In this document: piece by piece, positions 52,569 to 61,935 of the stretch
Position numbering within the stretch: the first letter of the stretch is position 1
Layout: each line of letters begins with the position of its first letter
NCBI GenBank assembly: GCA_000806015.1
Contig: JWKY01000007.1
Span: forward strand, 1 to 63,106
From: an archaeon GW2011_AR19
GTDB taxonomy: Archaea; Nanobdellota; Nanobdellia; Pacearchaeales; GW2011-AR1
DNA: 63,106 nucleotides
Direction: 5' to 3'
Program-made: the position numbers and the translations under genes
The notes under the pieces: generated by a model
The model's input: only the letters and a program-made list of their open reading frames with translations
What the model was told of the DNA's origin: nothing
The model's database searches: none

Positions 52569-54083
52569 ATGACAAAAAATAATCTTGTAAAAAAGATTTT
52601 GAATGCAGGAAAAAAAGTTGCGGGAAAAACTTTTTTATACGGAAGTTTAATCACAGCGCCTTTTTTATATTCTAGCAATGCTAATGCTCAAGTTTCTACA
52701 TTAAATGAAAAAGGAAGCGCATTAGGAACTAAAGTTTTGCAAAAAGATATGCTTAATGCTTATGACATTCCGGGATATGTTGTTATAGATAAATCTGATA
52801 AAGATAAAACTCCTATTGAAACAGTAAAAGTTTATCCAACTTTTTCAACTATGAGGGGAAATAATGAACTTATCCCTAGAGTAGTCTTTGGCACTGAGAA
52901 AGCTCAAATTGATGGAAAAGATGCTGATGTATTCAAATATACTTCAGATAATGATACTAAAAAAAATATTGAAGATCTTTTTGTAAAAAAAGGAGAAGGT
53001 GGAGGACTTATAACACTTAGTGCAACTGAAGCGCAAACAGCAGGATTCCATACAATTACAACAGACAATGGAACTTTTGTTTATTTCCCTCTTGATTCAA
53101 CTAATAATTTAGGTGATGAAATGAAAGAAAAAATCAAAAAAGGAAAAAATATTGGAGTTATTTTCCCTGCAGATAATATGGTTATTTATGAAGATATTAA
53201 TCCTAAAGATAGATCAATAGAATATTTAGTAGGAATGCCTAATAAATTATTTTTACTTAATTTAGATGAAAATGATATTGCTGATCAAGCTCTTCATCAA
53301 GAAGGAATAGATGCATTAGATTCTTTAGGAAGAAAATATTTATCTTCTGAAAAAGCCGAGTCTATTTATTTGGCTGGAAATTTAATTAATGGAAAAGCAA
53401 ATGATTTTAAGAATTTTGCCTTTTTAGATGGAGTCCAGCCTGATGAAGAAAAAACTCCTTCAAATTTAAATGGAAGAATAAAACTTGGAGTAGGATATAC
53501 CATTCCAGCAGGATTTGTCGGTGAAATTAATCCGCAGGTTCAACTTGGAAAAAAATCTTTTTTAGGTCCTTATGTTTCATTTTCAAATTCAACAAAATCT
53601 CTTGAAAATCTAACTCAAGAAGACGGATTCAGAGAAGTTGTTAGTGTTCCTGCAAAAATGTATTTTGTAAGCACAGGAACAGAAATAAAAGAAAATACTA
53701 AAACTACAAATAATCTTAGTTTAGGTTTAGCTCTTTCATATCTTGCTTCTCCAAATTTAGAAGCATTTGTTAAAGCAGGATTTATCGGACAAGAAACAAA
53801 AAAAACAATGACAAGTTCAGGCGAAGAATATATGGAAATTGACGGAGTTAAAGATCAATCATCTGTACAATCTTTTAATGAAACAAATAATTTCACAGAA
53901 AGAAAAATGTCTGGTTATGTTGGCGCTGGAGTAGAATATTCTCCTTTCGCTAAAAAAGATAATGCTTTAAAAAATATTTCGGGTTATGGTGAAGCAGGTT
54001 ATATAATTGGTTCAGGAGCAATGGGTTCATTAGGAGTAAAATATAATTTAAATAAATCAAATAAAGAAAAAAAATCAGAATAA
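52569..54083 (+). CDS. Secreted protein with a C-terminal region resembling a bacterial outer-membrane beta-barrel
   Basis: The start is set at MTKNNLVKK. The signal peptide is ..LITAPFLYSSNANA|QV. The last 200 or so aa show alternating-hydrophobic strands (GRIKLGVGYTIPAGF, LSLGLALSYLAS, YVGAGVEYSPF, GYGEAGYIIGSGAMGSLGVKYNL). Confidence 0.5.
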   Translation: MTKNNLVKKILNAGKKVAGKTFLYGSLITAPFLYSSNANAQVSTLNEKGSALGTKVLQKDMLNAYDIPGYVVIDKSDKDKTPIETVKVYPTFSTMRGNNELIPRVVFGTEKAQIDGKDADVFKYTSDNDTKKNIEDLFVKKGEGGGLITLSATEAQTAGFHTITTDNGTFVYFPLDSTNNLGDEMKEKIKKGKNIGVIFPADNMVIYEDINPKDRSIEYLVGMPNKLFLLNLDENDIADQALHQEGIDALDSLGRKYLSSEKAESIYLAGNLINGKANDFKNFAFLDGVQPDEEKTPSNLNGRIKLGVGYTIPAGFVGEINPQVQLGKKSFLGPYVSFSNSTKSLENLTQEDGFREVVSVPAKMYFVSTGTEIKENTKTTNNLSLGLALSYLASPNLEAFVKAGFIGQETKKTMTSSGEEYMEIDGVKDQSSVQSFNETNNFTERKMSGYVGAGVEYSPFAKKDNALKNISGYGEAGYIIGSGAMGSLGVKYNLNKSNKEKKSE

Positions 54084-54084
54084 A

Positions 54085-55461
54085 ATGAAAACAAAAAATA
54101 TTTTAAAATCAATTTTCGGAATAGTTTTCTTATTAGCTTTTGCTTCAATGGTTTCTGCAGGAATTTGGTTTGATTTTGAATCAGACCCAAGCGCAAGTTC
54201 AATGACAGTTTCTCAAGGAGCCCAGCTAAATTTAGTTTTAACAGCTTCTTCACATAATAATATAATTGTTTCTAATGAAAAACTTGAAGCAGTTGGAATA
54301 GGAACACTTAAATCATGGAATGAACCGGGTTCACAATTCGGCTCTACACATTTATGGACTAAAACACATACTTTAGATACTAATATTCTTGGCGCAGGAA
54401 CTTTCACACTTAGATTTTCAGCTCAGACAAGCGCAGGAACAGAATCTGCAGATTTAACTCTTGTAGTAAATCCCGTTGATACAACTGCTCCGGTAATTAC
54501 TATATTAGGAACCAATCCATTAACTATTGCTCTTGGAAGTGTTTATACTGACGCTGGCGCAACTGCCTTGGATAATCTTGACGGAGATTTAACTTCACAA
54601 ATTCAAATAACAAATAATGTTAACACAGCTGTTGCTGGAACTTATTCTGTTATTTATTCAGTTTCAGATTTAGCTGGAAATTTAGCAACTGCAACAAGAA
54701 CAGTAACTGTTTCTGCAAGTTTAGATATTAATGCTCCGGCAATTATAATCTCAAGCCCTGTAAATGCGCAAACTTACACAACTGCTGTAACTAATATTAC
54801 TTATATTCCAAATGATGCTGAAGGAAATTTAAACCAATGCTGGTACTCATTAAATGGCGGAGTTACAAATTCTACTGCAGTATCTTGCAGCAACGGAGTA
54901 TCAAATTTATTCTCAGGTTTAGTTCCGCAGCAAGGTTCAAACACCTGGACTGTTTGGGCAAATGATTTATCTGGAAATTTAGGAACTGCTTCAGTTACAT
55001 TTACTGTAAACGATTTAGTTGGTCCAGTGATTACTGCTGTCAGCCCAATAAATAATGAAACATTAGATGACACAGACGTTACATTAAAAGTTTCTGCAAA
55101 TGAAGACGCTGTTGTTAAATACAGCTTGAATGGTGCAGCAAATGTGACAATGACAAAAACATCAAACTTCGCATTTGAATCAGCTTTATTAGATCTTGAC
55201 GACGACGAGGAGTACACAGTTATTTACACTGCAACAGATTTAATGGGAAACTCAGCAAGCTTAACAATAAAATTTAATATTGATGAAGACGCTTCAAACA
55301 ATGCAGTCGACGATACTTTCTTCAGCGCAGAAGACGAAAATGACGGAATCACAATAGAGCCTGCAATTGATTTGACTGACGAAGAAGCTAAAAAGTTAAA
55401 CTGGTGGCAAAGATTCATCAACTGGTTAGCAAGATTATTTGGATTAGAAGAAGTTTACTAG
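54085..55461 (+). CDS. Secreted surface protein with Ig-like (DUF5011-type) domains
   Basis: A signal peptide is followed by DTTAPVITILGTNPLTIALGSVYTDAGATALDNLDGDLTSQI...AGTYSVIYSVSDLAGNLATATRTVTV and by further AP.I repeats. Confidence 0.65.
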   Translation: MKTKNILKSIFGIVFLLAFASMVSAGIWFDFESDPSASSMTVSQGAQLNLVLTASSHNNIIVSNEKLEAVGIGTLKSWNEPGSQFGSTHLWTKTHTLDTNILGAGTFTLRFSAQTSAGTESADLTLVVNPVDTTAPVITILGTNPLTIALGSVYTDAGATALDNLDGDLTSQIQITNNVNTAVAGTYSVIYSVSDLAGNLATATRTVTVSASLDINAPAIIISSPVNAQTYTTAVTNITYIPNDAEGNLNQCWYSLNGGVTNSTAVSCSNGVSNLFSGLVPQQGSNTWTVWANDLSGNLGTASVTFTVNDLVGPVITAVSPINNETLDDTDVTLKVSANEDAVVKYSLNGAANVTMTKTSNFAFESALLDLDDDEEYTVIYTATDLMGNSASLTIKFNIDEDASNNAVDDTFFSAEDENDGITIEPAIDLTDEEAKKLNWWQRFINWLARLFGLEEVY

Positions 55462-55473
55462 GGGTTTTCTAAA

Positions 55474-55881
55474 ATGAAAACTCTAATTTCAACTTTATTT
55501 CTTGGAGGGGCTTTGATTTTTAATTCTTATTCTCAAACAACTGAAAAAACAAAAGATGTCTTTAAGCAATACAATGAAAAAGGCCAATTAATAAGAGAGG
55601 TTTATGGAAATTTATTGATCGGCAGAGCGTTTAAAGATTTTAAATATGATGAAAAAGGAAATAAGATTGAAGAGAATTATAAAGAAGATAATAATGGGGA
55701 TGGAAAATTTGAATATCAGGTGATTTCTAAATATGATGAAAATGGAAATAAAATTGGAATGATTTCTAAATATGATAGTGATCTTGACGGGAAGTTTGAT
55801 CATTTAGTACGAGAGAAATATGATGAAAATGGAAATTTAATTGAAAGGATTCCTAAAAGAGGAAAGATTAAAGATGATTAA
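55474..55881 (+). CDS. Small secreted protein with YDENGN-type repeats
   Basis: A signal peptide is followed by the repeated motifs YDEKGNKIEE, KYDENGNKIG and KYDENGNLIE. Confidence 0.5.
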   Translation: MKTLISTLFLGGALIFNSYSQTTEKTKDVFKQYNEKGQLIREVYGNLLIGRAFKDFKYDEKGNKIEENYKEDNNGDGKFEYQVISKYDENGNKIGMISKYDSDLDGKFDHLVREKYDENGNLIERIPKRGKIKDD

Positions 55882-55949
55882 AATTGAAACAATTTTTAAA
55901 ATAGACAATGGATATGTGGTCTTTTGAATTAACAGGATGAATATTAAAA

Positions 55950-56417
55950 ATGAAAAACCTCATTTCAACTTTCTTTCTTGCTAGTGGTTTGGTTATTGGA
56001 GGATGCGGAGAAAATAAAGAAGCAAAAATAGAAGAAAAACCTAAATTAGAAAAATACAATGAAGTGAATAAACAACTTCACGAAGATTTCATAAATTTTT
56101 GCGGTGAACATCCGAATAAAAAAGAATATGCCGGTTCGGTATACAAAATTGATTTTCCCAATAAGAATTATTCTATAATTTTTGAAGAAAATAGATCTTT
56201 TTTAGAGATCAATGCAGACACAAATTTCAGGGATAGTAAAGGAGATGGATTAGATAATAAATCTTCAGATTTATATTCTTTTAGAAATAAAAATACCGGC
56301 GCGATAGAAGTCAGATATATTAAAAATATTCCCCCGGAAGAACAATTATCGGCTGGAAAACAATATACAGATAAATTAAAAGAAATAATGCACAACGAGA
56401 AATATAAGGAATATTAA
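55950..56417 (+). CDS. Putative lipoprotein
   Basis: The signal with lipobox-like sequence is LASGLVIGGCG. Confidence 0.5.
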   Translation: MKNLISTFFLASGLVIGGCGENKEAKIEEKPKLEKYNEVNKQLHEDFINFCGEHPNKKEYAGSVYKIDFPNKNYSIIFEENRSFLEINADTNFRDSKGDGLDNKSSDLYSFRNKNTGAIEVRYIKNIPPEEQLSAGKQYTDKLKEIMHNEKYKEY

Positions 56418-56463
56418 TTTAAAAAAGATAAGTTTATGAATATTCAATTATTCTTTTTGTAAA

Positions 56464-56661
56464 ATGAATAAAAAATATAATTATGATGCAGAATCTGACT
56501 CTCTTTTTATTTGCCTTAAAGAAGGAGAAGAAGAAAGTTTTGAGGAAGTAGCTCCTGGTATAAATATTGAGTTTGATAAAAATAAAGAAATTATTGGAGT
56601 AGAAGTTTTAAAAGCCTCTCGTTTTATTAAAACCATGGGAAAAGAAAAGTTGTCTGCTTAA
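56464..56661 (+). CDS. DUF2283 family protein (solo)
   Basis: Contains YNYDAESDSLFICLKEG...GINIEFDKNKEIIGVEVLKASRF. Confidence 0.65.
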   Translation: MNKKYNYDAESDSLFICLKEGEEESFEEVAPGINIEFDKNKEIIGVEVLKASRFIKTMGKEKLSA

Positions 56662-56882
56662 ACAGCATTGCATAACAATATGCAACGTTAAATATAAAAA
56701 TTATTAATTTTTCTTGAACATTAAAATTGCTCTACTCGCGCCTGCTCTCGTAATATTTCTTTTTATTAATTTTAATTTTCTAATTTTCTCTCGCGCAAAC
56801 GCTCACTTCTTAAATTTATTTGTTATATCATACAGCCGCTGCAAATAGAAATATTTAAATAGAAATTAATTCTTGGTTTTGG

Positions 56883-58262
56883 ATGAAAAAATATCTATTT
56901 TTTGGCGGATTCTTTTTGTTATTGTTCTTCTTGCCTTTAATTTTAGCAGTTAATTTGGAAGTTCAAAAAACCAGTTCAGATGAAGTTATGATTATTGATT
57001 TAAACGAGCCTGCTGTTTTTGAGCTGTCTATAAAAAATAACGGAGCAACGGATGAGTTTATGATTTACACTTTTTTTGGCTCTGGTTCTCTTCCGGAAGA
57101 AAAATCCACAATCAGCTCAGGGCAGACAAAGACAATTAAATTTATAGTTTCCCCGCCATACGATGTTACAAAAACAGGACCAGCAGTTTTTGATTATTTT
57201 ATCCGCGGTTCAGACAACTCAGAATATAAGGGCACATTAAATGCGAAAGTAATAAATTTAAATGAGGCATTTGAAATAGGCTCGGCGGACTTTGACCCAG
57301 AATCAAACTCTGTGGAAATTTATATTAAAAATAAAATAAACTTTAATTTTGAAAACTTGGATGCAGAATTCTCATCTAATTTTTTTACTCTTGATAAATC
57401 ATTTTCATTAGCTTCAAAAGAAACAAAAAACTTTGAAATAACTCTTGACAAAGAAAAATTTAAACAGCTCACAGCGGGATTTTACACTCTCACGGCAGAA
57501 ATAACAGCAGAAGATATAATTGCGGATATTGAAGGAGTTATGAAATTTGCAGAAAAAAAATCAATAATAACAGAAACTGAGAAACAGGGTTTTTTTGTAA
57601 GCACAACTACAATTACTAAATCTAATAATGGAAATCTTCCTGAAATTGTGCAGACAACTGTTCAGAAAAATATAATCTCCAGACTTTTTACTTCAGTAAA
57701 TCCATCGCCGGATAATGTTGAAAGAAACAACTCTAAAATATTTTATTCCTGGAACAGAGAATTAAAACCTGGAGAATCGCTGGCAGTTAAAATTAAGACA
57801 AACTGGTTTCTTCCTTTAATTTTTATTATTTTAATTATTGCAATTGTTATTTTTGTAAAAGAATATGCAAAGACCGACCTAAAAATAAAAAAAAGAGTAA
57901 CTTTCGTAAAATCAAAAGGCGGAGAATTTGCATTAAAAGTTTCTCTGCTTATTGATACAAGAAAACCGATAGAAAACTTGCTTATAGTTGAAAGAATTCC
58001 GCCGGTATTAAATTTATATAAAAAAGTTTTTGGAAGAGAAATTCCAACGAAAATTGACGAGAAAAGCAAAAAAATAGAATGGCAGTTTAAAAGATTAGAA
58101 GCTGGGGAAAAGAGGATGATTAATTATGTAATTTATTCAAAGTTAGGAATTTTAGGAAAATTTGCGCTGCCGAGAACTGCAGGATTTTATGAAAAAGACG
58201 GAAAACTTCATGAAGCTTCTTCAAACCAAGCTTTCTTTTTGACTGAGCAGAAGGGGAATTAA
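56883..58262 (+). CDS. Membrane protein with an extracellular beta-rich (CARDB/S-layer-like) domain, mid-protein TM segment and cytoplasmic domain
   Basis: Has a signal peptide and a TM segment WFLPLIFIILIIAIVIFV. The style is similar to 3442..4659. Confidence 0.45.
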   Translation: MKKYLFFGGFFLLLFFLPLILAVNLEVQKTSSDEVMIIDLNEPAVFELSIKNNGATDEFMIYTFFGSGSLPEEKSTISSGQTKTIKFIVSPPYDVTKTGPAVFDYFIRGSDNSEYKGTLNAKVINLNEAFEIGSADFDPESNSVEIYIKNKINFNFENLDAEFSSNFFTLDKSFSLASKETKNFEITLDKEKFKQLTAGFYTLTAEITAEDIIADIEGVMKFAEKKSIITETEKQGFFVSTTTITKSNNGNLPEIVQTTVQKNIISRLFTSVNPSPDNVERNNSKIFYSWNRELKPGESLAVKIKTNWFLPLIFIILIIAIVIFVKEYAKTDLKIKKRVTFVKSKGGEFALKVSLLIDTRKPIENLLIVERIPPVLNLYKKVFGREIPTKIDEKSKKIEWQFKRLEAGEKRMINYVIYSKLGILGKFALPRTAGFYEKDGKLHEASSNQAFFLTEQKGN

Positions 58263-58308
58263 TAATTTCTTAGAATATTTAGAATTTTGAGAATCATCCT
58301 GAAATATA

Positions 58309-58515
58309 TTATCTGCCTTTAGAAGTAATTTCATATTTTACATTTGGAGATTTTTCTTTTTGTAAGAGATATTCATTATTAATTAAAAATTCAATTTCTT
58401 TGCTAAAATTATCTTCAACGCAAAATGTCTTTGATTCTTCATTTTGATTTAACAGATTTTTTGCTCTTGTTTCTAAATCATCTACAATCAAAGGTCCCAT
58501 GGCTGCAAAAACCAT
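58309..58515 (-). CDS. Hypothetical small protein
   Basis: 68-aa ORF. Confidence 0.3.
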   Translation of the reverse strand: MVFAAMGPLIVDDLETRAKNLLNQNEESKTFCVEDNFSKEIEFLINNEYLLQKEKSPNVKYEITSKGR

Positions 58516-58779
58516 GTTAGATTAAAAGGAACTAATTATATAAATGTTTTTGTGATGATTTGGGAAATAAAAAAATCCCAAAAACGATTTTACTCTTAAA
58601 TATTTTGATAAATTTTAAATTAATGCAAGAGCAAAATCGTTTCCACCAAAATCAATCTTGGGATTTGAAATAAGAAATTTCAATAAATTCTCTTGAATTT
58701 AACCAAGATTCGATCTTGAGAATAAAAAAAATCCCCCCACCAAGAACAGAATAAAAGTGTTCAGGTTAAGAATTAATTT

Positions 58780-58962
58780 TTAAGATTTTCTAGAACTAAT
58801 CAAAATTAATCCACCAAGAATCATAAGTCCATGAATGGTTTGAGTATTAGTGTTTAAAGTATCCGCCATCATTCTTGAGAGAGTTCTACCCTTAGAAGTA
58901 TTTGGAAACATTTCTCTTGCTAAGTTTCTTGAAATATTAATGAAAACTTCCTCATTTTCCAT
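58780..58962 (-). CDS. Hypothetical small protein
   Basis: 60-aa ORF. Confidence 0.3.
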   Translation of the reverse strand: MENEEVFINISRNLAREMFPNTSKGRTLSRMMADTLNTNTQTIHGLMILGGLILISSRKS

Positions 58963-59128
58963 TATATAATCTAAATATCAAAGTTTATATAATTTTCTAT
59001 GTATATGGCTCTGTTGAAAATCTTAATTTGCCGTGAGGTTTAGATTGTGGCAAATCGCCTTTCCATAAATTTCTGCTTTGATTTTTATCCTCCACCAAGT
59101 TTTTACATTTGGTTATTTTTTAAAGGGA

Positions 59129-59386
59129 TTAAATAAAGTAACTCATTTTAATAAGTTCTTCAATTTTCTTTTCATAGTCATTTATTTCTTGTTTTCTATT
59201 CTTTATATTTTCAATTAAATCTTTTTCTATATCTATATATCCTTTTTTTACAGGTGGAAGATTTAATTGTTTAACTTCATCCAATTCTTCTTCAGAGTGT
59301 TTTAAAGTCATTTTATTTATTGCAATCATCTTTTGATAAAGTTCCATTAAAAAATGGAGATTTTGTTTATCATTCTCAATTTTCAT
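59129..59386 (-). CDS. Hypothetical coiled-coil protein
   Basis: 85-aa ORF. Confidence 0.35.
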   Translation of the reverse strand: MKIENDKQNLHFLMELYQKMIAINKMTLKHSEEELDEVKQLNLPPVKKGYIDIEKDLIENIKNRKQEINDYEKKIEELIKMSYFI

Positions 59387-59423
59387 AAATCATTTAAGAA
59401 ATCTTTCTTTTTTAAATTATTGG

Positions 59424-59699
59424 TTATTTAAATAATTGCTTTTTTATTAACTGCTTTATTTTCTTACCTTCTTTGGTTACCTTATAAAACCTATTTCTTT
59501 TTTCGTTCGGGCTTAAGCATTCTATCATTTTCCTTTCTTGCAATTCTATTAAAAGATTACTTACAAAACCGATATTAATTTTTAGTTCTTCTGATAAGTT
59601 TGTGGGAGTTTTAGGATTTTCTAAAGCCTCAAAAACAGCCCTTCTATTTTTATTTCTAACAATAAAGCTAATATTATCCCAGTCAGTCATCATAAACAA
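59424..59699 (-). CDS. Winged-HTH transcription regulator (ArsR/MarR-like)
   Basis: Contains RRAVFEALENPKTPTNLSEELKINIGFVSNLLIELQERKMIECL...RNRFYKVTKEG. Confidence 0.6.
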   Translation of the reverse strand: MFMMTDWDNISFIVRNKNRRAVFEALENPKTPTNLSEELKINIGFVSNLLIELQERKMIECLSPNEKRNRFYKVTKEGKKIKQLIKKQLFK

Positions 59700-59870
59700 A
59701 TGTTTATAAACTATTAAAAGTTTACACGAGTAGTATACGAGTAAAATGAATAGCGTATATAAAAATTGCTGAAGCTACTTGGCATAAGGCAATAAAATTA
59801 TTAAACTCAGATTGCCCAAATAAACCTTGTGAGTGGTGCGAGGGAAGATGAAAAATAAATTTAGATTAAA

Positions 59871-60119
59871 ATGAAATTAGACTGGTTTAATTTAATAATA
59901 GGAATTACTTGGATAGTTATGGGTATAATAGTTTACATCCGTCAGAAAGACATTATACTTTCTACTATCTTTTTTGTAATAGGAATAGTTTTTGCGGGTG
60001 TAAAAAGTTTAAAAAAAGTCGAGAAAAATAAAACACAAAAAATTATGGAAATAATTTCAACAATAATAATAGGTTTAGCTGTAATCTTTTTATTTCTTAG
60101 CGTATTCGGAGTAATTTAA
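59871..60119 (+). CDS. Small membrane protein
   Basis: 82 aa with three hydrophobic segments. Confidence 0.4.
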   Translation: MKLDWFNLIIGITWIVMGIIVYIRQKDIILSTIFFVIGIVFAGVKSLKKVEKNKTQKIMEIISTIIIGLAVIFLFLSVFGVI

Positions 60120-60120
60120 A

Positions 60121-60330
60121 ATGAAACCAACAAAATTACAAACAAAAAAACTTTATCTTATGATGCTAATTGTAGTAGTAATTGCCCCAACGTTCTACAT
60201 ATTAAATTCCTTAGGGCATACCTTCACAGGAAGTTATTTAATTCCACCTTTGGCTTGGGGTGTTTTTTTAATAATTGTAATTTATAAAGGTATTAAAACA
60301 GGGGAATTAAAAAAAGAATTTGAAAAATAA
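60121..60330 (+). CDS. Small membrane protein
   Basis: 69 aa with two hydrophobic segments, lying 1 nt after the previous gene. Confidence 0.4.
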   Translation: MKPTKLQTKKLYLMMLIVVVIAPTFYILNSLGHTFTGSYLIPPLAWGVFLIIVIYKGIKTGELKKEFEK

Positions 60331-60556
60331 AATGGACAAAGAGACTCAAAATTCAATAAGTGTTACTTTGATAATTATTGCAAATATTTTATTATGGGGG
60401 TCTTTATTCATAAAATGTTAAAACAAAGGATAATAAATTTGGTGCTTGTTGCTAGTATACTCCTTGCACTCAGTTATATTATTTGGAGATCATTAAGATG
60501 CTAAGTTTTAATATGAGAGAACAAAATCTTAAAAACTAAATAATTTTATTAATAAA

Positions 60557-60697
60557 ATGGCAGAGATATGTAATAAATGTGGGAAAACAATAAGATTGAA
60601 ATGTGAATTTGAAATGCCTTCTAATTTATTTGAAGGGGAATACTATTGTAATAAGTGTTATGACAAAGTTAGTCAAGAATTTTGTTTAAGTGATTAA
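60557..60697 (+). CDS. Zinc-ribbon mini-protein (46 aa, below the ORF-track cutoff)
   Basis: Hand translation gives MAEICNKCGKTIRLKCEFEMPSNLFEGEYYCNKCYDKVSQEFCLSD*, with two CxxC pairs. Confidence 0.4.
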   Translation: MAEICNKCGKTIRLKCEFEMPSNLFEGEYYCNKCYDKVSQEFCLSD

Positions 60698-60767
60698 TTT
60701 CTGTTAAAAGAATAATCACTTTTTAGAAGTTAGGAGATAATTTAAAGGAAAAGATTTATTAAAAAAT

Positions 60768-60935
60768 ATGAGAAGAAAAAATTTAAATTTATGTGATGAA
60801 TGTAAAGAAATAATTGGAGGGGTGTCCGCTAAAGCAATGAGAGACACTCCCAAAAGAATATTAAATTGTAAAGGTTCTTATTGCAGTAAATGTGAAAAGA
60901 AGAAAAAAGAAAATGACAAGGATAATAATTCCTGA
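60768..60935 (+). CDS. Zinc-ribbon mini-protein (55 aa)
   Basis: Hand translation gives MRRKNLNLCDECKEIIGG...LNCKGSYCSKCEKKKKENDKDNNS*. Confidence 0.4.
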   Translation: MRRKNLNLCDECKEIIGGVSAKAMRDTPKRILNCKGSYCSKCEKKKKENDKDNNS

Positions 60936-61065
60936 AAGCACGAAGATAGAGATGATAAATACCATAACAAATGTTTTGGTTGTGATATTTGTTTTAACTT
61001 CTTTATTTTTGTTATTCTTTCTGATTAAATATTATCTTGATAGAAGAAAAAGAAAATCTAAATAA
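60913..61065 (+). CDS. Tiny TM protein (50 aa)
   Basis: Hand translation gives MTRIIIPESTKIEMINTITNVLVVIFVLTSLFLLFFLIKYYLDRRKRKSK*. It overlaps the previous gene. Confidence 0.3.
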   Translation: MTRIIIPESTKIEMINTITNVLVVIFVLTSLFLLFFLIKYYLDRRKRKSK

Positions 61066-61249
61066 AAATCCTAAACTTAAAAATTTTTCTTTCAAGGTGG
61101 GGAGGAGGATGGTTACGATGACCATTTAATTAGAGAAATTGCCCACCCGCTTTTTGTTTCTTTTTTCTAAAAAGAAAATGGGGGAGTTCCTATTTTGCTT
61201 CTTTTTCTAAAAGAAGAATTTATTAAAACCCCAAAATATAGTTAATTGT

Positions 61250-61783
61250 ATGAAAACAGAATGGCAAAAATTTATTGACTTGCTGAATGAAATGTTTAAA
61301 GCTCCTGTTCAAAATTCTAGAGATATAATAATTTTATTAGGGCTTTATGGAGAATACATTGTTAACTATCTATTAGAAAAGAAATGTTCAACAGGATTAG
61401 AAAAAATTAATTCGCAAGATATTAAACTAAAAATTCTTTTTGAGCTAAAAGAAATTAGTGATTCAGAATACGATGTTTTATCAAAATTAAATATTATAAG
61501 AAATAAGTATGCCCATAAATTAGAATTATCTTCAAACGAAGTAAATTCTGTGATAAACACTATGAAAGATATAACAATTAATTGGGATGAAGCTAACGAA
61601 GAACCCAAAAGTTTAGAAAAGACAATGAGAGAAAAACCTTTTCTAAAATTTCAATTAGCTTGTGTAACTAAAATAGGATATTTTTTAACTAAAATTGGTA
61701 GAGAGAAAGGAGAAGAAATTAATCAAACAATTATTTTTGATATAAAAATTGATAATAAAATTGAGAAGTTTAAAATTATGTGA
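61250..61783 (+). CDS. Hypothetical protein with a HEPN-like R-x4-H motif
   Basis: All-helical, with LNIIRNKYAHKL. No partner gene is adjacent. Confidence 0.4.
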   Translation: MKTEWQKFIDLLNEMFKAPVQNSRDIIILLGLYGEYIVNYLLEKKCSTGLEKINSQDIKLKILFELKEISDSEYDVLSKLNIIRNKYAHKLELSSNEVNSVINTMKDITINWDEANEEPKSLEKTMREKPFLKFQLACVTKIGYFLTKIGREKGEEINQTIIFDIKIDNKIEKFKIM

Positions 61784-61935
61784 ATTAAATTTTAAAGGGC
61801 TGTTCAAAAAAGCTTTAATGCCTCGCACATTCCTTTCTATACGTTTTTTAGATTGTATATAAATTAAATAATTCTTAGACAATTATGGGAAAATTATTTA
61901 GTTAAATTTTTATAGTTGAAAATTCTTCTTTTTTA

